The notes: a model not told the origin generated them from the sequence alone. A stretch of 64,000 nucleotides of DNA from an uncultured Acidobacteriota bacterium (GCA_963827655.1 CAWHCF010000043.1:75726-139725), one strand, 5' to 3'. Positions 31,622-42,700 are shown, counted from the first letter of the stretch. Program-made: numbers and translations.

Positions 31622-33112
31622 CTAGCTTCCGAGGAATAGTTTCATCGATTCGTTGGTCAGCTTCTGAATGCTATCCCAGACCAGCATCATCCCAATGGTT
31701 GGAAGCAGCATAGCCCAGACCAGGGCCTGGCTGGTCCACGTCAACTGGATGTTCCTCCCGTCCTCGCTCGATTCGAAGATCATGGTCTTGATTACCCGGG
31801 CGTAGTAATAGACGGCGATCACGCTGTTCAAAGCTCCCACTACCGCAAACCAGGCCAGGTTGCGATTCACCGCCGCTCCAAAGACGAAGAGTTTGCCGAA
31901 AAACCCGGCAAAGGGTGGAATTCCCATGAGTGACAGCAGGAATATAGTCATGGCGATGGTGAGAAACGGGGAGCGTTTGTATAGGCCGCTATAATCCTTG
32001 AGGTCGAAGCTGCCGGTCCGGTTAAAGATTTCTATTACCACCAGGAAGGCTCCGAGGTTCATGAAAAGGTAAGTAATGAGATAAATCAGGACCGCCTGGA
32101 CTCCTTCGGACGACAGCACCACGGTTCCCATCAGGACATATCCGGCGTGAGCGATGGAAGAATAGGCCAGCATGCGTTTCATGTTGTCCTGCCGCAGCGC
32201 CGCGATATTCCCCAGAGTCATGGTTATGATCGAAATGATCAACACGAGAAAGCTCCAGTTCAATATATGAAAAGCGGCAAATTGAGTGGAGCCTGGAGTG
32301 GTTTCGGATAGCCCGGTCAAGAAAAAGCGGATGAGAGTCGCAAACCCCGCCGCTTTCGGAGCCACGCTGAGAAAGGCCGTCACCGGTGTAGGCGCGCCGG
32401 TGTACACGTCGGGACACCAGAAATGAAACGGCACGGCCGCCGTCTTGAAGCCGAATCCGGCCAGGATAAGGGCGGTGGAGACCAGCAGCGCCATCCCATT
32501 GGGCGCGGCCACGCCCGAAGCCAGGACTTCCCGGATACCCGCCATCTTGGTGGTTCCGGTCAGTCCGAACAGGAGCGTGATGCCGTAGAGCATCGATCCG
32601 GTCGATACCGCGCCAAACAAGATGTACTTCAAAGACGCTTCATTCGATTGGCGATCGTCGCGGAGATAACCGACCATGATATAGCTGGTGAGCGAAACCA
32701 TCTCGAGCGACAAGAAAAGCATCAGCATGTCAGTGCTGGAAGCCAGAAGCAGCATGCCTAACGTCACGCCCAGCAACAAGGCGTAGAATTCCCCCAGGTG
32801 AGACCGCGCGAGTTCCCGCGACCCGGGCGCCGCCAGGAGCACCAGAAACGAGGTCAGGATGAGGAATCCTTTGAAAAAGACAGCCATCGGGTCCAGTGCC
32901 ACCATGCCGAAAAAGAGCGTCCGTTCCTCGGCGCCGAAGAGAGGCACGGTCAAAGCGAAGGCAACCATCAGTCCCAACGCCGTCAGAAAGAAAGTGACCT
33001 TTCCCCGGACCCGGGGCAAGACAATATCCGCGACCACCACCAGCAACAGCGTCACGGTAATGGCAATCTCGGGATAGAACAGATGGAGGTCTCGCAGGAG
33101 GTATGGGTGCAT
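31622..33112 (-). CDS. nuoN: NADH-quinone oxidoreductase subunit N
   Basis: EASLKY, GFKTAAVPFHFWCPDVYTGAPTP, KRMLAYSSIAHAGY. Confidence 0.92.
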   Translation of the reverse strand: MHPYLLRDLHLFYPEIAITVTLLLVVVADIVLPRVRGKVTFFLTALGLMVAFALTVPLFGAEERTLFFGMVALDPMAVFFKGFLILTSFLVLLAAPGSRELARSHLGEFYALLLGVTLGMLLLASSTDMLMLFLSLEMVSLTSYIMVGYLRDDRQSNEASLKYILFGAVSTGSMLYGITLLFGLTGTTKMAGIREVLASGVAAPNGMALLVSTALILAGFGFKTAAVPFHFWCPDVYTGAPTPVTAFLSVAPKAAGFATLIRFFLTGLSETTPGSTQFAAFHILNWSFLVLIISIITMTLGNIAALRQDNMKRMLAYSSIAHAGYVLMGTVVLSSEGVQAVLIYLITYLFMNLGAFLVVIEIFNRTGSFDLKDYSGLYKRSPFLTIAMTIFLLSLMGIPPFAGFFGKLFVFGAAVNRNLAWFAVVGALNSVIAVYYYARVIKTMIFESSEDGRNIQLTWTSQALVWAMLLPTIGMMLVWDSIQKLTNESMKLFLGS

Positions 33113-33115
33113 GTC

Positions 33116-33421
33116 TTATCCCTTGAGGGTATCCGCCTGGTCCAGATTTACCGTTTTGACAATCCGGTACATGGATAGGACTATGGCAAGCGCCACGGCA
33201 GCCTCCGCCGCGGCGATGATGATGACGAACACGGCAAAAATCTGTCCGTTCAAGTTGGCCGACGAGAATTTCGAAAACGCGACCAGGTTGAGGTTAGCCG
33301 AATTCAGAATCAATTCGATTCCCATGAGGACGTTGACGGCGTTCTTGCGGGTCAGAACCGCCATAATGCCGAACGAGAAAAGACACGCGCTCACGATCAA
33401 ATAGTGGGTCAATGGAATCAT
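33116..33421 (-). CDS. nuoK: NADH-quinone oxidoreductase subunit K
   Basis: MGIELILNSANLNLVAF, GQIF, AAAEAAVALAI. Confidence 0.93.
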   Translation of the reverse strand: MIPLTHYLIVSACLFSFGIMAVLTRKNAVNVLMGIELILNSANLNLVAFSKFSSANLNGQIFAVFVIIIAAAEAAVALAIVLSMYRIVKTVNLDQADTLKG

Positions 33422-33927
33422 TGGGAATCTCTTCTCCTGACGATCATCGCCGCGCCGATTAAAGCGATGAGCAAAAACACGGACGCGATCTCAAACGGCA
33501 AAACGTAGTCTTTCATGAAGAGCTCGCCGATCTCCGCGGTGGTAGGATTCATCGGCCGCTCCCCGCGGCTGAGCCAGCTCGTATTCATGATCACGCCCGC
33601 CAGTGTCAAGAACACCGCCAGCATGATCAGCAGGCCGGGCAAGAACTGAAAAGTCTCGGTCTTCAGATTCAGGTCGTACAGTTTGTGCGTGAGCATTACG
33701 CCAAACAACAGGAGAACCAGAATTCCGCCCACGTAAATCACCAGCTGGGTCGCGGCCAGAAAGTCGGCCCCCAGGAAGACATACAGAGCGGCCACGCCAA
33801 AAAAAGTAAACAGCAGAGCGAAGGCCGAATATATCAAGCTGCGGGAGAAGACCACGACGGCAGCCGATCCAACGGTGATGGCGGCGAAGAAGTAAAAGAG
33901 TATCTGCGTTACCAGAGCCTTATCCAT
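33418..33927 (-). CDS. nuoJ: NADH-quinone oxidoreductase subunit J
   Basis: ADFLAATQLVIYVGGILVL, LPFEIASVFLLIALIGA. Confidence 0.92.
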   Translation of the reverse strand: MDKALVTQILFYFFAAITVGSAAVVVFSRSLIYSAFALLFTFFGVAALYVFLGADFLAATQLVIYVGGILVLLLFGVMLTHKLYDLNLKTETFQFLPGLLIMLAVFLTLAGVIMNTSWLSRGERPMNPTTAEIGELFMKDYVLPFEIASVFLLIALIGAAMIVRRRDSQ

Positions 33928-34094
33928 TTACGTGTTCCGGCTTCCTTCGTCCATTGACAATGCTGTAGCTGTACATTTCGCGGGCGCGGCAGCAAGCTGC
34001 CGCATTAGTTTGGCGCAGCTTGCTTCGCACTGGGCCGTCTGGCCCGTCGCATAGTACACAGTAGCTCGCGTATGGCTTAACAGCCTAACAAGGT

Positions 34095-34250
34095 CAGTTG
34101 TGCCCCGCTCGTGAGGGCCGGGGACCGCCGAGACTCCGAGTCTGAGGTCCGAAGACCGGCACTGCACAATGCCGACTCGGCGCTGTTTTGAGACTAAGTC
34201 CTCCCGGCCTTACGGCGGGCCTACGCACTGCCGGCCCTTCGGGCCTGGCG
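34095..34250. repeat. REP-like multi-hairpin element between nuoI and nuoJ
   Basis: GCCCCGCTCGTGAGGGC, GAGGTCCGAAGACCGGCAC, CCGGCCTTACGGCGGG, TACGCACTGCCGGCCCTTCGGGCCT; homologous to 59690-59872. Confidence 0.75.
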
Positions 34251-34321
34251 AAGCTTGCTTCGCCGCTCCGAGACGGTACTCCTCGTGTCCCCTTCCTTTG
34301 AAGTCCACCCCTCGCTCCTTG

Positions 34322-34810
34322 TCACGCTTTAGGGGCGGCGTGTTCTTTGACCGGCTTGGGATAGAGAGGCTTATCCACCGCGAAATGATAAATATGATCC
34401 TTCTTGTCGTAGACCGAATACTCGTATTCCTTGGTCATGACCAGGCAATAAGTAGGGCATGGAAACGTGCACAGCGCGCAATAACAGCACTTGGTCATAT
34501 CGATGTCGAAAACGTAAGTGCGTAGCTTGATCGGCGTGCCGTCGGAAGCAAAAATCTCCGGTTCGTCTTTTGCCCGCTTTTCGGTTTCGATGTCGATGCA
34601 GTCCGTCGGGCAGACGCGCGCGCACTGGCCGCACCCGATGCAGTCTTCGATCTTGTTGAACAATCGCGCGCGCGCGCGATCCGGCAGGTTCCATTTCACC
34701 GTCGGGTACTGCACGGTAACGGCCGGGGTGAAGAGGTGGCGAAACGTGATGCGCATTGCAATCAGTGTTGTCGCCACGCCGCTGAATATATCTTTAAAGT
34801 ACGTCCGCAT
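34322..34810 (-). CDS. nuoI: NADH-quinone oxidoreductase subunit I
   Basis: Own ATG (MRTYFKDIF); VTVQYP; [24 protein letters not shown]. Confidence 0.9.
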   Translation of the reverse strand: MRTYFKDIFSGVATTLIAMRITFRHLFTPAVTVQYPTVKWNLPDRARARLFNKIEDCIGCGQCARVCPTDCIDIETEKRAKDEPEIFASDGTPIKLRTYVFDIDMTKCCYCALCTFPCPTYCLVMTKEYEYSVYDKKDHIYHFAVDKPLYPKPVKEHAAPKA

Positions 34811-34830
34811 ATCAAAGTTCCTGTGTTTCG

Positions 34831-35890
34831 TTACTTCCAATATACCGCCAGGAATCCAACTCCAAGAATCAAAACCATCGAGACCGGAAGCATTACTTTC
34901 CAGCACAAATACATGAGCTGATCGACGCGCAACCGGGGCAGCGACCAGCGCAACCAGATCTGCACGAATACCAGAAAGAGCGTCTTGAGCGAGAACAGAA
35001 TCGGCCCGGGGACGAGCTGCGGAACCAGCTGCCGCCGGCAGAATCTGCGTCCAACCTCCAAGAAAAATCGTCGTGGCTATGCCGGCAACTACGAACATGT
35101 TCGCGTACTCCGCCAGCATGAAGAACGCGAAGCGCATCCCGGAGTACTCCGTGTGGTAGCCGGCAACCAGCTCCGACTCGGCCTCGGGAATATCGAACGG
35201 AGTTCGATTTACTTCGGCCAGCGAGCACACAAAATAGATGAAGAATGCCACAAAGGTAAAAGGGTTACGAAAGATGAACCACTTGTGGAGGCCTCCCTGC
35301 TGGGCAGTCACGATGTCCTGCATCGACAGGCTCCCCACTTGAACCACTACCGTCATGAGGGCCAGGGCGGCGGGAATCTCGTAACTGATGATCTGGGCGG
35401 CGGAGCGCATACCGCCGTAGAGCGCATATTTATTGTTGGATGCCCACCCCCCCATGATGATCCCGACCACCGAGAGGCTCGCCACCGCAAGAAGGTACAG
35501 CACGCCGATGTTCAGGTCAGCGACAATCGACGCCATGCCGAAGGGAAGTACGACGAACGCTGCAAACGCGCCCACGAACACCATGATGGGCGCAAGCTTG
35601 AACAGGGGAGCATCGGCCGCCGCCGGGATGATATCTTCTTTAAGCAGCAGCTTGATTCCGTCGGCAAGCGACTGGGCCCAGCCATGCCAGCCGCCCACAT
35701 ACATCGGCCCGAGCCGGTCCTGCATGTGCGCCGAAACTTTTCGTTCGAGCCAGACCAGGAACATGCCGAGCACCGCGACGTAAAGCAGGATGATGACGCA
35801 GCTGACCAGCATCGGAATGAAATCGCGCAGCAGTTCAGGAAGCGCGCCGTAGTTCGGAATGTTTGCGAGCAGTTGTCGGATGGATTCCAT
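34831..35890 (-). CDS. nuoH: NADH-quinone oxidoreductase subunit H, frameshift near 35030
   Basis: [49 protein letters not shown]; C-terminus ([15 protein letters not shown]) lies in frame 34831..35061. Confidence 0.9.
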
Positions 35891-35924
35891 GTAGTCCGGT
35901 TCCTCAGTGTCTCACAGCGATCGT

Positions 35925-37045
35925 CTAACGGTCGATCTCCCCCAGGACGATGTCGAGACTGCCAACGATGGCGATGACGTCGGAGATCATGGCTCCGCGG
36001 CTGATCTCATGAAATGCGCTCATGGCTGTGAAGCAGGGAGACTTCACCTTGACCCGGTAGGGCTTGAGCCCGCCGTCGCTGACGATGTAGTAGCCCAGCT
36101 CTCCGCGCGGACACTCGGTGCGCATATAAACCTCGCCGGCGGGAGGCTTGACTCGTTTCGGGATCGCTTCCTGGACATCGCCCGGGGTGATCCTGGCAAC
36201 GGCTTGACGAACCAGCTTGCAGCTCTCTTTCACCTCTTTGATCCGCACGATGTACCGGTCGTAACAAGATCCCACCGGCCCATGTTCCCCCACACCCACC
36301 TGCACGTCGAAATCGAACTCTTCATAGCCCAGGTAGGGCTCATCTTTGCGCACGTCGAATTTGACCCCGCTGCCGCGCAGGTTGGGACCCGTGACACCAT
36401 AGTTGATCGCCACGTCAGGGGGAAGTATTCCGACGTTGGCCGTCCGCTTGATGAAAATGTAGTTATAGGAGAGCAGCCGGTTCAGATCGTCGATCAGGGG
36501 TTCGAAGTAATCCAAAAAATCAATAACCTTCTTCTCGAAGCCGGGGGGGTGTCGTACATGAGTCCGCCGACCCAGTTGTAATTGTAGAGAAGCCGCGCGC
36601 CGCAGGTCTCTTCGAACAAATCGAGAATCTTCTCCCTGTCGCGGAAGCAATGGAGGAAGGGAGTGTAAGAGCCCATGTCAATACCGTAAGTCCCGGCGGC
36701 GAGCAAGTGACTGGCAATCCGGTTTAACTCCGCCATCATGATCCGGATGCAACGAACGCGGTTATTCACCTGGATTCCCATCAGCTTCTCGACGGCCAGG
36801 GCGTAGCCCAGGTTGTTGTTCATCGAGGCTACATAATCCATGCGGTCGGTAAAGGGAATGACACCGGGATAATCGACATTTTCGGCGTGCTTCTCGAAAC
36901 AGCGATGCAGATATCCGATGTGCGGCCGAGCCGAATGCACCACTTCGCCGTCGGTCTGCAGCTCAAGCCGCAGCACGCCGTGAGTGGACGGATGCTGCGG
37001 GCCCATGTTCAGGGTCATCAGATCTCCGGCGATTTCAACTTCCAT
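35925..37045 (-). CDS. nuoD: NADH-quinone oxidoreductase subunit D, frameshift at the G7 run near 36545
   Basis: [28 protein letters not shown]-terminal DIVLGEIDR; no NiFe CxxC motifs. Confidence 0.92.
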
Positions 37046-37093
37046 ACTTCGGGCCTATTCGTTGAGGTTGTTGTGCCTTCACATGTTGGTAAA

Positions 37094-37561
37094 TCAGACC
37101 GGCATATCGCGGTAACGGGTCGGAAACTTGTAGTCCTTGCGCAAAGGATACCCTTCCCAATCGTCAGGACAGAGAATTCGGCGCAAGTCGCTGTGACCCT
37201 CGAAAACAATGCCGAACATATCGTAGGCTTCGCGTTCGTGCCAGTTGGCGACTGCCCAAACCGATTCCACGGATTGGATTCTCGGATCCTCTCGCGGCAA
37301 GCGGCATTTAATCGTGTGCCTGTGACCGTGCTTCATCGAGTACGGGATGTACACCACCTCGATGCGATCCTTGAAATCCACTCCCCCCAGCAGCTCCAGG
37401 TGGTCCATCAGAAACCGCTGATCATCACGCACGAAGCGGCAGACGTCCAGGATCACGCCGGGATCGACTACGGTCCACGGAGTTACCACGCCGAGTTTCG
37501 ATTCGATTACCTTGTCGCCGAACTTTTCCGAGAGCTGGGCGGCTATTTCTTCAGATTTCAT
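37094..37561 (-). CDS. nuoC: NADH-quinone oxidoreductase subunit C
   Basis: [27 protein letters not shown]. Confidence 0.93.
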   Translation of the reverse strand: MKSEEIAAQLSEKFGDKVIESKLGVVTPWTVVDPGVILDVCRFVRDDQRFLMDHLELLGGVDFKDRIEVVYIPYSMKHGHRHTIKCRLPREDPRIQSVESVWAVANWHEREAYDMFGIVFEGHSDLRRILCPDDWEGYPLRKDYKFPTRYRDMPV

Positions 37562-38061
37562 GCGGCGCCTCGCTCGGTCTTCTTGGCCAGGCTTTCTCTC
37601 TCGATCTTCTTCTGCAACTGGATCAGCCCTTCAATCAACGATTCGGGACGGGGCGGGCATCCCGGGACGTAGACGTCCACGGGGACGACTTCATCGATCC
37701 CTTTGAGCACGTGGTATCCGTGCTGCCAGTACGGCCCGCCGTTGTTGGCGCAGCTCCCCATGGAGATCACGTATTTGGGCGCCGGCATCTGCTCGAACAG
37801 CCGCTTGATTCGCGTAGCCATCTTCAGGGTCACGGTGCCCGCGACAATCATGACGTCGGACTGGCGCGGCGTTGCCCTGAATGCGCCGGCTCCAAACCGG
37901 TCCAGGTCATAGCGCGACGCCCCGGTTGCCATCATCTCGATGGCGCAGCACGCCAAGCCAAAAGTCATAGGCCATAGCGAACCGGCTCGAGCCCAGTTGA
38001 ACAGCTTATCGAGGGAGGTGATCAGGACATTCTCTTCAAACTTTCCCTCTAAGACTCCCAT
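37558..38061 (-). CDS. nuoB: NADH-quinone oxidoreductase subunit B
   Basis: [26 protein letters not shown]. Confidence 0.95.
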   Translation of the reverse strand: MGVLEGKFEENVLITSLDKLFNWARAGSLWPMTFGLACCAIEMMATGASRYDLDRFGAGAFRATPRQSDVMIVAGTVTLKMATRIKRLFEQMPAPKYVISMGSCANNGGPYWQHGYHVLKGIDEVVPVDVYVPGCPPRPESLIEGLIQLQKKIERESLAKKTERGAA

Positions 38062-38076
38062 GCTCTGTTCTCCTTT

Positions 38077-38502
38077 TTATGCCGCGCGTCCCCGTGTCTG
38101 TTCGGCGCGAGAACCCGACTGAGCCAGCCCCACATCCTCCGGCTTGACCCACTCCAGGTCTCCCTTGGCCCAGACATAGGCCAGGCCGACGACAAGAATG
38201 CCGATGAAGATCAGTCCCTCGATAAAAGCGAAAGCGCCTAGATTCTTGAACACGACGGCCCAGGGCAAAAGAAAAATGATTTCAACGTCGAAGATGATAA
38301 AGATGAGCGCCACGACATAGAACCGGATGTTGAACTGAATCCATGCGGACCCGACAGGGGTTTCGCCGCATTCGTACGACATGTACTTGTCTTTCGAATA
38401 CGGCCCCGTGTAGCGAAGGAGGCGCGACATGAGCAGGCTCACTACCAGAAACAGGATCCCGACCGTCATGAACAACAGCACGGCGGCGTAATCAGAGAGC
38501 AT
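38077..38502 (-). CDS. nuoA: NADH-quinone oxidoreductase subunit A
   Basis: [26 protein letters not shown]; AGGAG RBS. Confidence 0.94.
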   Translation of the reverse strand: MLSDYAAVLLFMTVGILFLVVSLLMSRLLRYTGPYSKDKYMSYECGETPVGSAWIQFNIRFYVVALIFIIFDVEIIFLLPWAVVFKNLGAFAFIEGLIFIGILVVGLAYVWAKGDLEWVKPEDVGLAQSGSRAEQTRGRAA

Positions 38503-38624
38503 GGCCCATCTCCTTCTCAACTCCAGCTGACCGGCTAGATTAACTTAGCACACAAATATCCTACATTCTCCAGGGTTCAACAGGCTTAGATTCGGGGTAG
38601 TTGACGGGAGTAAATGCAAGAAAA

Positions 38625-38653
38625 AGAGTATCTAAGATTGATCGAGGGGTCAA
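38625..38653 (-). promoter_or_regulatory. Sigma70-type promoter for the nuo operon
   Basis: TTGACC-17 nt-TACTCT on the minus strand. Confidence 0.5.
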
Positions 38654-38801
38654 GCGAAAATCCTGAAACAACTCGCGCCTGCAGTTGCAAATAGGCAAGC
38701 TCATCGCTTAGGATTTGGCGTCTTCAGGATCGGGGACAAAGCCAGTCGTTTTCGGGACGGTCTTTCGGAAATCAACCGAGCGGCGTCCCGCGAGGAAGTG
38801 C

Positions 38802-39833
38802 ATGAAGGCTGTCCGGTTTCATCAGCATGGCGGTATTGATCAGCTCCGCTATGAGGAAGCGCCCGACCCAAAGCCGGGGCCGGGAGAAGTGTTGGTTCGA
38901 GTGAAAGCGTGTGCCCTGAATTACCTCGATCTGTGGGAGCGCCGCGGCCTTCCCGGCATTCGAATTCCGCTTCCTCACATCTCGGGGAGCGACGTCTCAG
39001 GGGTGATCGAAGCGGTTGGCGTCGGGGTCGGCAACCTCAAACCTGGCGACAAGACGCTGGTGTGCCCGGGGCTGAGCTGCATGCTGTGTGAATTCTGCCT
39101 CCAGGGAAAAGACAACCTGTGCCGGAGCTACTCCGTTCTCGGCTACTATACGGATGGGGGATATGCTGAGTTTCTCAAGGTTCCGGCGGTGAACGCCCTC
39201 CCCTTCCCCGAGGGACTGGAGTATATCGATGCGGCTGCGATCCCGCTGGTCTTCATGACCGCGTGGCACATGCTCGTCGACCGATGCGGAATCAAGGCGG
39301 GAGAAGACGTTCTGGTCCTGGGCGCCGGCAGCGGAGTCGGAAGCGCAGCCATCCAGATTGCGAAGTTCTTTCGGGCCAGGGTGATCGCGACTGCGGGTTC
39401 AGACGCGAAGCTTGGCAAGGCCCGGGAACTGGGCGCCGAGGTCGTGATCAATCACAGCCGCCAGAAAATTCGGGATGAAGTCAAGCAAGCCACGGGGAAA
39501 CGGGGTGTCGATATCGTCTTCGAACACGTCGGGGCATCGACCTGGGAGGATAGCGTGAGCTGCCTGGCTCGTCACGGCCGCCTGGTGACGTGCGGCGCCA
39601 CAACCGGCTACGACGTCCGGCTCGATATTCGCCATCTGTTCGCCAAACAGATTACTCTCCTGGGTTCTTACATGGGCTCGAAGTACGAGTTGATCGAAGT
39701 GTTGAAACTCGTCAAGGCCGGCCATTTTCGCCCGGTGATCTCTTCCGTCTTTCCACTGAAAGACGCGGCGCGAGCTCAGGAGCAGATGGAGAACCGTGAA
39801 CAATTCGGGAAAATAGTGCTGGCAATCGATTGA
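38802..39833 (+). CDS. Zinc-binding alcohol dehydrogenase / quinone oxidoreductase (MDR family)
   Basis: MKAVRFHQHGG; CMLCEFCLQGKDNLC; GAGSGVG; FGKIVL. Confidence 0.9.
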   Translation: MKAVRFHQHGGIDQLRYEEAPDPKPGPGEVLVRVKACALNYLDLWERRGLPGIRIPLPHISGSDVSGVIEAVGVGVGNLKPGDKTLVCPGLSCMLCEFCLQGKDNLCRSYSVLGYYTDGGYAEFLKVPAVNALPFPEGLEYIDAAAIPLVFMTAWHMLVDRCGIKAGEDVLVLGAGSGVGSAAIQIAKFFRARVIATAGSDAKLGKARELGAEVVINHSRQKIRDEVKQATGKRGVDIVFEHVGASTWEDSVSCLARHGRLVTCGATTGYDVRLDIRHLFAKQITLLGSYMGSKYELIEVLKLVKAGHFRPVISSVFPLKDAARAQEQMENREQFGKIVLAID

Positions 39834-39835
39834 CT

Positions 39836-39987
39836 GGATTTACGATTGACGATTGACGATTTCAGCGTTGGCGACTAATCGATAGGATAATAAATTCATT
39901 GTCAATCAGTAATTTAATTGCCCTTGTCGACTAGCCACCAGCCCATGAAGTTAAATCGTCAATCGTCAATCGTAAATCGTAAATCGA
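39836..39987. repeat. Heptamer inverted-array element (family B)
   Basis: GATTTACGATTGACGATTGACGATTT ... AAATCGTCAATCGTCAATCGTAAATCGTAAATC. Confidence 0.85.
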
Positions 39988-39988
39988 T

Positions 39989-41987
39989 ATGCGTAGTATC
40001 ATATTTGCCGTCATCCTGGTCTCGGCTCTCGGGTTCTTTTGCCTATAGCTCGAGACGGCTGATTCGGTTTCTTTCGATCGGCCGGAAAGAGAATCGTTTC
40101 GATAGAGTCGGCGCCCGACTGAAGAATGTCCTGATCGTCGCCTTCGGCCAGACAAAGCTGTTGCGCGAACCGCTCGCCGGGTGGATGCATTTCTTCATAT
40201 TCTGGGGCTTTGTCATCCTGCTCAGCGCCATACTCGAGGCCATCCTTGAAGGATTCCACCCGGGCCTCACGCTCGAGCTGCTTGGGCCCTTGTTCTCTCC
40301 CGTGGCTGCCGCTCAGGAAGTCATCGGAGCCCTGGTGGTTATTTCCGTCCTGGTGGCTCTGATCCGCTGGATGCTGGTTCCACCGCGAAGATTCTACGGC
40401 CCGGAGATAACCGGCCACGTTCGCCTGGACGCGGCTCTCATTCTGGTCCTCATCCTGATGATCATGGTGTCGATGTTTGGCACCAATGCGACGCGAATGG
40501 TTCTCGCCGGGAAAATTCACGCCGCCCGTTTCGTCTCGAGCGAACTGGCAGCGGTTTTTGCTGGAGCCTCCGGCATCCGGCTGTGGTTTGAGATTTTCTG
40601 GTGGACCCACATACTGGCAGTCCTGGGCTTCCTGAATTATCTCCCTTACTCCAAGCACCTCCATGTCCTCACCTCAATTCCCAATGTGTTCTTTGCTTCT
40701 CTCGAGCCTCGGGGAGCGCTGTCCAGGCTGGATCTCGAGGATGAGAATGCCGAGAAGTTCGGCGTCGACGATGTCCAGGATCTCAGCTGGAAACAGCTGC
40801 TCGATGGTTATACCTGCACCGACTGCGGACGGTGCACGGCCGCCTGTCCTGCCAACGTTACCGGCAAGCTCCTGAGCCCGCGAAAAATAATCATGAATAT
40901 CCGGGAACGCACGCTGGAAAAGGCTCCGCTGGTGCTGGGAGAAGTCTCAGAACCGGATGCCGCGATCGTGAGCAAGAGACTCCTGGATAATTACGTCACC
41001 GACGAAGAGCTCTGGGCCTGCACGACCTGCCGCGCTTGCATGGAAGAGTGTCCGGTGATGATCGAGCATGTGCCGGCGATCGTTGACATGCGGAGATTTC
41101 TGGTATTGACGGAGTCCCGCTTCCCCGCCGAGCTTACGGGAGCATTCAAGAATCTTGAGACCAATTACAATCCCTGGTCCTTCAACCACCAGAGCCGGGC
41201 CGACTGGGCCAAGGGCCTCGACGTGAGAACGATGGCGGATATTGAACCGGAGGTCGAGATTCTTTACTGGGTGGGCTGCGCCGGGTCCTACGACAAGAGA
41301 TATGAGGGAGTAACCCGGGCCATGGTGAAGCTGATGAAAGCGGCGGGGATAAAATTCGCCATCCTTGGGACCGAGGAAAAATGCACGGGGGATCCGGCGC
41401 GGCGGAGCGGAAATGAATACCTTGCGCAAATGCTTATCAACGAAAACGTCGAAACCCTGAACAAGTACAAGTTCAAGAAAATCGTCGCGACCTGTCCTCA
41501 CTGCTTCAATACCTTGAAGAACGAATATCCGCAGTTTGGAGGAAACTACGAAGTCGTCCATCACACGGTCTTCCTGAACCAGCTGATAGAATCAGGACGT
41601 CTGAAGCTCGCGCACAAGGGAAAAGAAAAAATCACGTTCCACGATTCTTGCTACATTGGCCGCTACAACGGGATCTACGACGCACCCCGCAATCTCCTTC
41701 AAACCTCGGGCGCAAGTCTGGTCGAAATGCCCCGGTCGCGCGACAAGGGTTTTTGCTGCGGAGCCGGCGGCGCCAGGATGTTCATGGAAGAGACTGTCGG
41801 CAAACGGGTGAATATCGAAAGGACGGAAGAGGCGCTCCGCCTGGAGCCCAACACTATCGCCACAGCCTGTCCGTTTTGTATGACCATGATGACCGACGGC
41901 GTGAAAGCAAAGGACGTCGATGACAAAGTTCAGGTCAGGGACGTAGCCGAGGTCTTGGCCGACTCGCTGGGATTGGCGCAGAAATAA
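39989..41987 (+). CDS. FadF-like membrane-bound Fe-S oxidoreductase (NarI-like TM + 4Fe-4S + CCG domains); T-run frameshift near 40040
   Basis: YLPYSKHLH, CTDCGRCTAACP, CTTCRACMEECP, WVGCAG, FHDSC, CCGAGG, ACPFC. Confidence 0.88.
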
Positions 41988-42037
41988 GTCCACATTGTGC
42001 TGCAGGCCCACGGGCTCGCTGGCGCGGGGTTCTCTTC

Positions 42038-42084
42038 TTGACATCGAGCGAAATCTGTATGATCTTTGTATGACATGCGTATGA
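42038..42084 (+). promoter_or_regulatory. Promoter/operator of the TA pair
   Basis: TTGACA at 42038-43; GTATGA direct repeats at 42057, 42068 and 42079 (11-bp period). Confidence 0.55.
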
Positions 42085-42329
42085 CGGCGAAACATATGAG
42101 AACCACGGTCATCCTCAGAGAGGATCTTGTCAAAAAAGCGAGAAAGCTGTCGAGCGAAACAACTTTGAGCGCCCTGCTGAACAGTTGTTTGGCAGATTGG
42201 GTAGCCCAGCACCGCCGAAGGGAACTGAAAGCTCGCTTGCTCGCGGAATATCGTTCCGGACGACAAGAGTCGCGCCGCATAAGTCGAGAGTTTGTTCACT
42301 CAGACAAAGAAGGCTGGCCGTCGTGGTAA
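42066..42329 (+). CDS. Type II antitoxin (RHH/VapB-like); true start may be 42075 or 42096
   Basis: MRTTVILREDLVKKA; overlaps the toxin start. Confidence 0.75.
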   Translation: MYDMRMTAKHMRTTVILREDLVKKARKLSSETTLSALLNSCLADWVAQHRRRELKARLLAEYRSGRQESRRISREFVHSDKEGWPSW

Positions 42330-42679
42330 GAGGCTCCTTAGTGTGGGTACGCCTTGACCCAGCCCGCGGAGCTGAAGTCCCCAAAACCCGTCCTTGCATT
42401 GTAGTTTCTCGGACAGAGGCAAATGATATTTCCTCGACGGTAACTATCGTTCCCCTTTCATCAGTGAAAGGAAGAGCAGCGGAGCGTCTAGTCCAGCCCC
42501 TGCTGCTGGCAAAAGAAAGTCATCTCCGTAAAGATTCACGCGCTCTTTGCGATCAAGTCCGAACCATAGATAAAGCACGCGTACGAGAGACCATCGGAGT
42601 GTTAAGTCGCGAGTTATTGGGAAAGGTAGATCGCGGACTGATACTCCACCTGGAACTCGAAGACTATGTGACGCTGTAA
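42323..42679 (+). CDS. mazF: MazF/PemK-family toxin
   Basis: RGSLVWVRLDPARGAEVPKTRPCIVVS, IVPLS, CDQVRTIDKAR. Confidence 0.9.
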   Translation: MVRGSLVWVRLDPARGAEVPKTRPCIVVSRTEANDISSTVTIVPLSSVKGRAAERLVQPLLLAKESHLRKDSRALCDQVRTIDKARVRETIGVLSRELLGKVDRGLILHLELEDYVTL

Positions 42680-42700
42680 TCTGCTTCCTGCGCACAGGAA

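Noticed and set aside
33928-34167. 79-aa ORF between nuoI and nuoJ as an extra subunit
   Set aside because: It derives from REP-like repeat sequence and has no RBS or TM segment.
34322-35890. Apparent NuoH-NuoI fusion (522-aa ORF)
   Set aside because: The true NuoH C-terminus is in another frame (34831..35061) and nuoI has its own ATG at 34810; the linker is frameshifted sequence.
36540-36550. Phase variation or programmed frameshift at the nuoD G-run
   Set aside because: A homopolymer sequencing error is far more parsimonious given the many other indels.
35925-38061. Group 4 [NiFe]-hydrogenase interpretation of the reduced nuo cluster
   Set aside because: The large subunit lacks both CxxC nickel motifs and ends in GEIDR; NuoB has the complex I CC motif.
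39918-39988. N-terminal extensions such as NRQSSIVNRKS or LCVFVV (also on E1b, E2 and 11851)
   Set aside because: These are translations of the intergenic repeat families, not protein sequence.
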